Shown in pieces: positions 11,901-23,510 of a stretch of 59,253 nucleotides of DNA. The notes beneath the pieces were generated by a model, which worked only from the letters and a program-made list of their open reading frames with translations, ran no database searches and was not told the origin of the DNA. Location of the stretch: positions 1 through 59,253 of the forward strand of contig JAUCBJ010005025.1 in the NCBI GenBank assembly GCA_032718475.1, given 5' to 3'. Numbering within the stretch: the first letter of the stretch is position 1; every line of letters starts with the position of its first letter. The position numbers were made by a program, and so were the translations under genes. Origin of the DNA: Nemertoderma westbladi (taxonomy: Eukaryota; Animalia; Xenacoelomorpha).

Positions 11901-14900
11901 CTGAATTAATAGTTCAGTATACTGAATTAATAGTTCAGTAATACTGAATTAATAGTTTAGTAATACTGAATTAATAGTTCGGTAATACTGAATTAATAGT
12001 TCGGTAATACTGATTTAATAGTTCGGTAAATTAATAGTTCAGTAATACTGAATTAATAGTTCACTAATACTGAATTAATAGTTCAGTAATACTGAATTAA
12101 TAGTTCACTAATACTGAATTAATAGTTCAGTAATACTGAATTAATAGTTCGGTAATACTGAATTAATAGTTCAGTAATACTGAATTAATAGTTCGGTAAT
12201 ACTGAATTAATAGTTCAGTAATACTGAATTAATAGTTCAGTAATACTGAATTAATAGTTCAGTAATACTGAATTAATAGTTCAGTAATACTTAATTAATA
12301 GTTCAGTAATACTGAATTAATAGTTCAGTAATACTGAATTAATAGTTCGGTAATACTGAATTAATAGTTCAGTAATACTGAAATAATAGTTCGGTAATAC
12401 TGAATTAATAGTTCAGTAATACTGAATTAATAGTTCAGTAATACTGAATTAATAGTTCAGTAATACTGAATTAATAGTTCAGTAATACTGAATTAATAGT
12501 TCAGTAATACTGAATTAATAGTTCAGTAATACTGAATTAATAGTTCGGTAATACTGAATTAATAGTTCAGTAATACTGAATTAATAGTTCGGTAATACTG
12601 AATTAATAGTTCAGTAATACTGAATTAATAGTTCAGTAATACTGAATTAATAGTTCAGTAATACTGAATTAATAGTTCAGTAATACTGAATTAATAGTTC
12701 AGTAATACTGAATTAATAGTTCAGTAATACTGAATTAATAGTTCAGTGATACTGAATTAATAGTTCAAATACTGAATTAATAGTTCGGTAATACTGAATT
12801 AATAGTTCAGTAATACTGAATTAATAGTTCAGTAATACTGAATTAATAGTTCAGTAATACTGAATTAATAGTTCAGTAATACTGAATTAATAGTTCAGTA
12901 ATACTGAATTAATAGTTCAGTAATACTAAATTAATAGTTCAGTAATATTGAATTAATAGTTCAGTAATACTGAATTAATAGTTCACTAATACTGAATTAA
13001 TAGTTCAGTAATACTAAATTAATAGTTCAGTAATACTGAATTAATAGTTCACTAATACTGAATTAATAGTTCAGTAATACTAAATTAATAGTTCAGTAAT
13101 ACTGAATTAATAGTTCACTAATACTGAATTAATAGTTCAGTAATACTAAATTAATAGTTCAGTAATACTGAATTAATAGTTCACTAATACTGAATTAATA
13201 GTTCAGTAATACTGAATTAATAGTTCAGTAATACTGAATTAATAGTTCAGTAATACTGAATTAATAGTTCGGTAATACTGAATTAATAGTTCAGTAATAC
13301 TGAATTAATAGTTCGGTAATACTGAATTAATAGTTCAGTAATACTGAATTAATAGTTCAGTAATACTGAATTAATAGTTCAGTAATACTGAATTAATAGT
13401 TCAGTAATACTGAATTAATAGTTCGGTAATACTGAATTAATAGTTCAGTAATACTGAATTAATAGTTCAGTAATACTGAATTAATAGTTCAGTAATACTG
13501 AATTAATAGTTCAGTAATACTGAATTAATAGTTCGGTAATACTGAATTAATAGTTCAGTAATACTGAATTAATAGTTCAGTAATACTGAATTAACAGTTC
13601 GATAATACTGATTTAATAGTTCAGTAATACTGAATTAATAGTTCAGTAATACTGAATTAATAGTTCAGTAATACTGAATTAATAGTTCGGTAATACTGAA
13701 TTAATAGTTCAGTAATACTGAATTAATAGTTCAGTAATACTGAATTAATAGTTCGGTAATACTGAATTAATAGTTCAGTAATACTGAATTAATAGTTCAG
13801 TAATACTGAATTAATAGTTCGGTAATACTGAATTAATAGTTCAGTAATACTGAATTAATAGTTCAGTAATACTGAATTAATAGTTCAGTAATACTGAATT
13901 AATAGTTCGGTAATACTGAATTAATAGTTCAGTAATACTGAATTAATAGTTCAGTAATACTGAATTAACAGTTCGATAATACTGATTTAATAGTTCAGTA
14001 ATACTGAATTAATAGTTCAGTAATACTGAATTAATAGTTCAGTAATACTGAATTAATAGTTCAGTAATACTGAATTAATAGTCAGTAATACTAAATTAAT
14101 AGTTCAGTAATACTGAATTAATAGTTCAGATATACTGAATTAATAGTTTAGTAATACTGAATTAATAGTTCGGTAATACTGAATTAATAGTTCGGTAATA
14201 CTGATTTAATAGTTCGGTAAATTAATAGTTCAGTAATACTGAATTAATAGTTCAGTAATACTGAATTAATAGTTCAGTAATACTGAATTAATAGTTCAGT
14301 AATACTGAATTAATAGTTCAGTAATACTGAATTAATAGTTCAGTAATACTGAATTAATAGTTCAGTAATACTGAATTAATAGTTCGGTAATACTGAATTA
14401 ATAGTTCAGTAATACTGAATTAATAGTTCAGTAATACTGAATTAACAGTTCGATAATATTGATTTAATAGTTCAGTAATACTGAATTAATAGTTCAGTAA
14501 TACTGAATTAATAGTTCGGTAATACTGAATTAATAGTTCAGTAATACTGAATTAATAGTTCAGTAATACTGAATTAATAGTTCAGTAATACTGAATTAAT
14601 AGTTTAGTAATACTAAATTAATAGTTCAGTAATACTGAATTAATAGTTCAGTAATACTGAATTAATAGTTCAGTAATACTGAATTAATAGTTTGGTAATA
14701 TTGATTTAATAGTTCAGTAATACTGAATTAATAGTTCAGTAATACTGAATTAATAGTTCAGTAATACTGAATTAATAGTTCAGTAATACTGAATTAATAT
14801 TTCAGTAATACTGAATTAATAGTTCAGTAATACTGACTTAATAGTTCAGTAATACTGAATTAATAGTTTGGTAATACTGAATTAATAGTTCAAATACTGA

Positions 14901-15581
14901 ATTAATAGTTCGGTAATACAGAATTAATAGTTCAGTAATACTGAATTAATAGTTCAAATACTGAATTAATAGTTCGGTAATACTGAATTAATAGTTCAGT
15001 AATACTGAATTAATAGTTCAGTAATACTGAATTAATAGTTCAGTAATACTGAATTAATAGTTCAGTAATACTGAATTAATAGTTCAGTAATACTGACTTA
15101 ATAGTTCAGTAATACTGAATTAATAGTTTGGTAATACTGATTTAATAGTTCAAATACTGAATTAATAGTTCGGTAATACTGAATTAATAGTTCAGTAATA
15201 CTGAATTAATAGTTCAAATACTGAATTAATAGTTCGGTAATACTGAATTAATAGTTCAGTAATACTGAATTAATAGTTCAGTAATACTGAATTAATAGTT
15301 CAGTAATACTGAATTAATAGTTCAGTAATACTGAATTAATAGTTCAGTAATACTGAATTAATAGTTCAGTAATACTGAATTAATAGTTCAGTAATACTGA
15401 ATTAATAGTTTAGTAATACTGAATTAATAGTTCGGTAATACTGAATTAATAGTTCGGTAATACTAATTTAATAGTTCGGTAAATTAATAGTTCAGTAATA
15501 CTGAATTAATAGTTCAGTAATACTGAATTAATAGTTCAGTAATACTGAATTAATAGTTCAGTAATACTGAATTAATAGTTC
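8996..15581. repeat. 22-bp palindromic satellite array (~300 units)
   Basis: Unit ATAGTTCAGTAATACTGAATTA repeated over ~6.6 kb. Degenerate left edge, sharp right edge. Recurrent variants include TTCGGTA, TTCACTA, AACAGTTCGATA and a shortened unit. Confidence 0.98.
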
Positions 15582-17830
15582 TGATAAACAACCGCGACAC
15601 CTATACTAACAGCAGAACTGTTGAACAGACAAATACCCGTATACCTCTCTGCCAACCTAATGAGCTCTCGCCTAACCAATAAGACACAAAGACTGCTCTA
15701 CTGTTAAGTAAAGGGGATCAGGAGCGTGTTATTACTAAATTGTAAAGGTTGCTAAATACAAAACCGCTACTTACCGTTGGATGGCGCTAATCTGCCGTCC
15801 GCTAATATATTTTACTAAATTTACACAGCTCCTGCAAAATCGCTTGTTCCTTTCTCTACCGATCGCTCGATAGAGAGCTAACTGTTCGAATCTATGAGCC
15901 ACGCGGGAATAACCAAAACAATAAACCCGAGTCTGCTCCCTAAGCTTACTTAAGACGAGTGCGAGGGGCTTTGCACTCAGAGTATTCTTACGCCTAATTT
16001 TACTACTGAAATACGCCAATGCTTACGTCTTTTCTAATCGCGAATACTGAGGGTTCCCTAACGGAATGTGTGAATGCGAGAATATTTAAAATAATCGAAT
16101 AATGGTACAGTACAATGTCTTTCGTAGCTGATACCGCTCTGGGTCTAAACTTGCCTGCAGCTGGCTTTAGGCCAGCAACTTACTAGTGTCTTGCGTACTG
16201 ACTACTGCGATCTAGCTTATTGCCCGCTAATGCAAATAACCGCTCAGCGTGAATAGTTTACGGTACTCTAAATTATTACCTTAGCTACTCTCCGCTATGC
16301 TGCGTACTAATTCTTAATTTTACTAATCAATTACAGTCACAAATATGTAACAGCGTACTAATTACTAAGAGTTCCAGAATGCGTAATTCTAATTTATTAC
16401 ACAACAGGTTTCGCTAGTAATAGCCTAAAATGCCGTATTTCTTTGACCTAATCAGTAATTATTTGTTGTAACTAAGAAATAGAAATCAATCAAAGAGAAA
16501 GGGGCGCCTACCTAAGCATTCGTAATCATAGGCACACTTCAGTAACACACCAATCAGCGTCAGCAATCACAGATCACAATAGCACGACTTGCAATTATAC
16601 AATCTGCAATTATATAATTCGCAACATAATAATTCGCAATTGACTAATTCGCAATCTACTTACTCGCAACTTACTTACTTACTGTGAGGTATGCAGGCCC
16701 CTCCCGGGTACATCTAGGCTTCCTAACTAACCCAATTCCTGCCCCCCTAATACTAAATAGAGACAAAACCTGGATCATCAGCCCCCTAATTACTGTACCA
16801 GCGAGCGGTCTCCAACCTACAGCCCAAATTGCCCGACCGCAACGTTGACCCCCGCCAGCGTTGCCCGCTTTTGAATCCTCCGCACTCCCTTCGTCGCTAA
16901 CCCCCCGATGAGCCCACCGCCTACTGGCACCTTAGCCCTCCATTGATTGAATAGCTACCGTAGCGGCGCATGCAAATCACAAGTCTGACAGTCTCAGAAA
17001 TCCCGTAGGATTATTGCGTCGAAAAGAATTACATAGAACCATTAACTAAAAGGTAGAAATCACAGTTCCATGATGTAATTAGCAGTAATCTTTGAGATTG
17101 ATTGAGAAACACAACAAGAATCAAACAGAAATTATAAATTTGCAAATCATTTCAAGAAAATTAATCAAAGGGTAGAAATGCAGAAAAATACGCACAAAAT
17201 TGTACTCCTAAAAGTAGGTGAAGGGTGATATAGGATTGGTAATAAGGACTGAGGGAATAGGTACAGCTCTACCGGCAAACCGCCAATTTATAGGTGATCC
17301 GAGTGGGGTGATGCAATAAGGGTGATGCAATCGCTCTCCTATTGGCTCTCCAGTCCGCGCTAGCATTAGACCAACCTGGAAGCAGTTAGTCCAATTAGAA
17401 AGACGGATTGTAGCCCTATTGCTTCCCAAACCCTCAAATTATTACCATATATGGTAATGGATCATGTCCCTGGCTGCGGAATGGTCAGGATAGCGTCCCT
17501 AGATGCTAGCCCTATCGAAGCTAATAACAGCAAGCACATATCCAGGGTCCAACTGAACTTGCCACCCTGGAACTATCTACCTATATCTTAATACAAAATT
17601 ACGTAGGTAGGGCTACATACTATGCAAAATGGATGAGTTCAAAATATATGGGCGTTTCAATTTCCTTATCTAAATGTCACTGCGCTATTATGTCTTATCT
17701 AAAATATTATACTGCATAACGGACTAGTATTGCGTACAGTATAACGGACTAATATATTATACTGCATAATGAACCAATATATTATACTGTATAATGGCTA
17801 ATAATGTGTACAGCGCCATATACCGTAACA
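15582..17830 (-). repeat. Putative 3' LTR of the outer BEL/Pao element
   Basis: Begins TGTTAC (minus strand) directly after GGAGCGG, the same heptamer that precedes the inner element's 3' LTR. Possible CA ends at 15619 (..TTCAACA) or 15582 (..TTATCA). No second copy in the window to confirm. Confidence 0.4.
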
Positions 17831-17837
17831 CCGCTCC
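17831..17837 (-). other. Putative polypurine tract of the outer element
   Basis: CCGCTCC on the plus strand is GGAGCGG on the minus strand, immediately before TG. Confidence 0.5.
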
Positions 17838-18709
17838 AAGGGAAATCATACAATGTTTCCCTCCAACTGTAGAAGAGTATAAGGTGATGTATACAAACAA
17901 AATAAATTTCTTCCAAATAACCTAAATACTTGATACTATAAATCCTACTATTTACAAAATATTGCTATAGATATTGCATAATGAATTGCATACAAATTAA
18001 ATTTACCAAATATTATCTCTCTCACTGTTTAACGATTATTACATACAAATTAAATTTACAAAATATTGTTTCTCGTTCGTACTACATAATGATTACTACA
18101 TACAAAATTAAATTTACAAAATATTACTTCCTTTATTTATTTACAAATTGACGGTCTACCTATTGAAATGGAACATGGCTAGGACAATGTCCCCCATTTC
18201 CCATCTCAAATTAACGATCAACATAAACAAGATAAACTAAATATAAACGTATTTGAGGCTAAATTTTTAACTAAATTGCATTAAAGGCCGATAATCAAAC
18301 TAAATATAAAATACGTAATAATTTCTTTCATTTTCGGACTTTACTTAATTTCTTATAAAAAAAGCAAATCATCTTGGTTTGATGATTGCTCAGGTAAGTG
18401 AAAGGAGTAAGCCAAACCCGCGGGTTTGTCTCCCCAATCACTTCCTTTGCCTCTTTCAATAAAGTTTAGAGCAAATAAAGTCATATACACAAAATCAAAT
18501 ATAGTATAGGCTCAAAATCATATTTCCAACGGACTATAAAATAAAAGTATTTCCTTTCAATATTTTTCGGCCTTCGAAATTAAAATTCTAAAATATGGAT
18601 ACGACTAGTGTATATGAGTCCAGTCGAATGATTGATCAAAACCTACGATATACATCAGAGCGATGATGATGTATATGTCTAGAGTTTGTCGCTCCGTGAT
18701 ATTATAGTC

Positions 18710-19790
18710 TCATCGGCTAGCTCCTGGGTCTCTCGGGCTCGCTCCTCTCGTTTTTCCCCTCCCCAGATACACCAGTCTACCCCCTGTAGACTCTGTTGAC
18801 GGCGTCCTTGAGGCGTCACTTCCCGGAACCGGCGACGACGTTCCCTGGGCACCGACTATCTCCCGACTGGTGCTCCTCCCTCGGCCTCGTCCCATTTGCC
18901 GTGTCCCTGTGGGCGCCTCCGCCAACTCCTTTTTCTTCAACCATAGAATAGAACTGCTCGTCCTTGGCTTGACGCTTGCCAAGGACTCCTCCTTCTGGTA
19001 CTTGCCGCGAGCTGTGAGCTCCGGCTGTTGTCGCTGTGGGCGCGGCGGTCCTGATCCTCCACTCGTTCAGAGGTCAATGACCCCAAACGAGTCTCTTTAG
19101 GCCGCCAATTGTGCGCTGGGTAATAAATCTAGACGTATATATCAGAGCGACGACGATATATAAAGGATTGGACATATTCGGGCTTAATAATGCGTTCGTC
19201 GAAACTTTCCGAAATAATTTGGAGTAAATATCGTATAAACGCGGATCGTGGGTATAGTTAGTAGACGGATGGATGGCGCAAATCTCGTCTGGATACTCAG
19301 GCGTGACCTTCCTTTCCTGGTGAAGCGAAGTGAACGTGGTCCAGGAACTCGAGTCCCGTGCCGCTTCGCGCCGCGCCTCTAGGTCCTTATAGGCTCGGTA
19401 TAGCGAAATGGCCGCCGCCGTGTCTATGCCGTGTCGAACAGGTTTAATCTCCGTATACGGATCTAAAGTTGTAACGGTCAGCGTAATGAGTCTCGGAGGT
19501 CGCTTTCTGCTGAAGTCGATACTGATCATCGGGTTGCTCATCGGGTAACCTCCCTCGTTATATCTAAGGAACTGGTGAGCTTGACATCGTGTTAATATCG
19601 GTTCTGGATGTTGCTCGTCTAGTCGGTCGGGAATCGCCACGTCTTGTCCACTCATGCATCCGCCGCATCCATAGAACAACTTGTATACGTTGAAACCCCC
19701 TGGCGCCGCCTCGTCCTCGCCTCAAGTCTTCCGGTAAAGATGCATCCCGTCGAATTGATCTCGGGCGGCAGGTAGCGGTTCATCGTTCAT
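18710..19790 (-). pseudogene. Degenerate extra 3' ORF of the outer element, unknown function
   Basis: GC-rich, coding-like stretch. ATG at 19790 is in frame with ORF 19074-19679 through one TGA, then frameshifts into the basic low-complexity ORF 18710-18982. Contains CGGC and C..H motifs. Confidence 0.45.
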
Positions 19791-20065
19791 CCAATTACAC
19801 GGTGGGTAAATCAGTTAGATGCCGTCGAAGGACAGACTTCCCGAACACCCCCGCTGCCTTCCAGCAGTTCAGGTTCGACTCTCTAGATCCCGTCTCTTCC
19901 TAACTATCCTCTAACCTATTCCCATGCATAGCGCAAAAACTTTGGAGATAAACTGGCCGTGACCAACTCACTTTTTGATGCCCAAACTACTCCCATTACT
20001 CGTACTAAACTACAGTAGTTAGAAAGGACTATAGCCACAATACTCGACTATACCAAACCCACAGG

Positions 20066-21268
20066 TGTAAAAGCTTTTGTGGGATAACTGATTCGTTTGC
20101 CTTGCTGGCCAGTTCCCCCCCGGTCGCTAGAATACTCTAAAAAGGATCTATAGGTAAAATAGTGCAAGCTACCAGCTTATTGGCTGATGGGCTGTACGAG
20201 AGTATCTGGGTTCTGTTCGATCGGCGGCCAACCAGCTTAGGGAGGTTGCCTTAGCCTTGCTGTCCGTATCGGCCAATAGAATTTGAGTGGGCGTTGATTT
20301 TGACCTATCCCAGAGCTACTGAACTGAATTTCCTATCTGTATGCTCATCCTCTGTGTTGGACGGGAGCTTCGGGGAATAAGGGTAGTTGGTATCCTCGTA
20401 TAGTGATAGTAGTCATATGATTTTATATGATTCTGTTGTTGTGTTCCCATTTTCGCCATAACACCGGCTTTTTGGGAAGAACTCTAGTAAAACTGCTTAA
20501 ATTATCGAAAGTATAAACTGTTATCCGATCAACTAATCAATCAATCTTATCTGATCTAATTAACTCACTATTAATCATATTGTTTGTACTGTTATTTACC
20601 GTCAGTTATTAATTGTATCTATTTGTTGATGGAAATATTGCTCTTTGGAGAATACTGATAAATCACCCAAATTCCCAATTTTCTTGATACACTACAGGTT
20701 AGAGAGACAGGCTATATATAACAATTGCGATTTATATTAATGTGGTGTGTATTGAATCTAATGTTATTTAGCAGACCCTACATGAGTCAATTGCTGCTCT
20801 CTTTATGTGTGATCAAATTTACTGACGGTCGGCAGAATAGTGTGCATGATTGTGATTGGTAACAAAGCATTTCCTAAAGAATGCGCCTTATACTTTAATC
20901 ATAAGCAGTATCGTTGCGTTTAGTATAAGTCCTAGTTCTGTTTAAATAGATAGAACGCCACGTCCTAAAGGAACTGTTAATATTTCCCGAAAGCCAATAA
21001 TATCTGTCAGAAATTAATTATTAGTGATCAATCGAATAATACAGTAGGTTTACACTGCAACCTTACACTGCAATAATAAAATTTAAGCAGCCGAATTCAG
21101 CCTCCCGGGTGTAGATCCATCGGGTGAATGATCGCGCATGGGCTGGCTTCGGGTAATGTTTTGTTTATTAGCATAAAATATTGTCGTATGCTAAAGGTGT
21201 TTTAATTAACTAAAAGACATATAAATTTTGGCAGGTTAAACTGCTAAAGGTCTTCAAAAGCGCGAACA
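20066..21268 (+). repeat. 5' LTR (1203 bp)
   Basis: Starts TGTAAAAGC, ends GCGCGAACA. Direct repeat of 31328-32530. AATAAA at 21075-21080. Confidence 0.97.
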
Positions 21269-21281
21269 ATAACAGTTTATA
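21269..21281 (+). promoter_or_regulatory. Non-canonical primer-binding site complementary to the element's own LTR
   Basis: ATAACAGTTTATA directly follows the LTR, with no TGG. Its exact reverse complement TATAAACTGTTAT lies at 20512-20524 and 31774-31786. Confidence 0.55.
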
Positions 21282-21322
21282 GTCTTATTGCAGTAGGCAA
21301 TAAGGTTGCAAGATACCGTAGG

Positions 21323-21453
21323 AACCGGTACTTCTGTAGGTCAGTAGGCCCAACTGCCAGAACCGGTACTGCTGTAGGTCCGTAGGTCCAACTGCCAGAA
21401 CCGGTACTTCTGTAGGTCTGTAGGCCAAACTGTCCTAACCGGTACTGCTGTAT
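21323..21453. repeat. 38-bp tandem repeat (3.5 copies) in the retrotransposon leader
   Basis: AACCGGTACT(T/G)CTGTAGGTC.GTAGG.CCAACTGCCAG starting at 21323, 21361, 21399 and 21437. Confidence 0.85.
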
Positions 21454-21609
21454 AAGTACATTAGTATTATTCGATTTGATTATTGTATACCGGTAGGTCT
21501 TGGTACTTAATCAGGGAACGGCCGCCCTGATTTTTATTTGAGATTCTACTTATTTCTGTCGGTTTGATTTACTAGTAGGCTAATATTGAGCAGAAGGCGT
21601 GTGACCCTG

Positions 21610-22190
21610 CTCAGATTGTTCAGATAATTGTAGGCTGAACTGCTGTCTGACTGTTGTTGGGTTTGGAGAGATTACGGCGTATGTAGAGTTTGTCTGATAA
21701 AGTGCCGTTAGTAAGTTGGGGCAGCCATATGCTGTAAGGTCAATCCCCTCTTAAAGAATAAGTCGTACTACCGTGTTAGAACGCATACTAACTAACTGTT
21801 TCAGAATCTGCATATACTGTAGTTTATTTAGGCTTGATCGTAGTCTGCCAGTGTTTTAGCCTGTGTTTGTTTGTGTGGTCTGTTCAGGTACCGTAATAGT
21901 TATTACTCAGATATTTTGTAGGCTGGATTGTTGTCTAGCTATTATTAGGTCTGAAGAGATTGCTGTGTGTGCGGAGTTGGTCTGATAAAGTGCTGTTAGT
22001 AAGTTGGGGCAGCCATATGCTGTAAGGTCAATCCCCTCTTAAAGAATAAGTCGTACTACCGTGTTAGAACGCATACTAACTAACCATTTCAGAATCTACA
22101 CGTACGGTAGTTTATTTAGGCTTGGTGGTAGTCTGCCAGCGTTTGGTTTGTATTTTGTTTGAGTATTCTGTACGGGTAGCGTAATATTTA
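21610..22190. repeat. ~289-bp tandem duplication in the retrotransposon leader
   Basis: The block CTGATAAAGTG...GGCAGCCATATGCTGTAAGGTCAATCCCCTC...GCATACTAACTAAC occurs at about 21694 and 21983. Confidence 0.85.
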
Positions 22191-23510
22191 TTATTCAGAG
22201 TTTATGCGATTATTCGCAACATTCATGTCCCCAAGTTTATTCCTACAGTAATTGTGCTTGTTATACATACCGTTATAGTTAAATTAACCCCGGTACTACA
22301 CGGGCTGCTTGGCGTAGGACAAGACTGGTGACATTGTGCCCTGGTCACTCCAGCAGATGCCGTGGTTCTTTTAACTGTTCAAGTATATTTAACTACTGAT
22401 TATTTGTTATACCGGTACTTGTACCTAATTTAGGGTTTAGTGTACAGTGCTTTCCGAAGTAATTAGTGTGTAGGCAGTGTATTTGTGTTGTAAAGTGGTT
22501 GATAGGCACATTCGTTAGCTCTATTAACTTCTGGGTAGGAACAATCCGTGATACATAACGTAGTACCTATAGCGATACGGTTATAGGTCGTCAGGCGGTG
22601 GTATTTTCCTATCTGGACAGTACAGTATATTTACTACTACTTATTATTTTCAAATACCGTAGTACCCTGTCAGTTGTAATAACCAGAATTCTAACCCTTT
22701 GTTAGACTGGTTTGTAGTTCCCTGTAAAATTACCCTAAAAATTTGTACGTAATATTTTTGTTGTGTTTAATTAGAGAATTAATCTCATCTGTATCGTAAG
22801 TAATTTGTAGTATTAAGTAACTTAGGTAAATTAGAATTATCAGTTTTAGTGTCAAATAAATAGCACTTCACTGAGAGCGCACAGCTTCTGTGTAGTGACC
22901 CCCCAGAAATAATAACATTTATTTCAAATATTGACAAAAACCCATTTTACACGGGTATATATCTATTATAAATCAACTCAAACGATTTATAAATAGTAGG
23001 CCTGCCATACAACAACTAGGTCTCAAAATCAGTTGGACTACTGCTTAAATAACGGTAATAAAGTAAGTTAAAGTAACCAAGTAACCCTAAAATATTCAGA
23101 AATTCAATTATTCTAAAAATAATTGACATACCGGTACTTACCATAGGCTTATTATATTTATTTCTATAAATTTGAGCTGAAATCATACCGGTATTCTGTA
23201 ATTAATTCTAGTTCATAATTATACTTATATATACTATAAGTGTAAGCTGTATACCGGTATTCACGATAGGCCTATTATATATTTATATATATTTGTGCTA
23301 AAATTATATACCGGTACTCTGTGACAAATCTAGTCTGTAATAATACTTATATATATTATAAGCATACCGGTATTCTAATATATTGTATATATATTACGTT
23401 ACACTGAGTAACGGTATCGGTAATAAATCGCTAGGCTTGCGGTCATACTGAATTACCAGACTTGCTTTAACTGAAACTATAGTAGTAGACATTCAACTGT
23501 ATAGCTAAAC

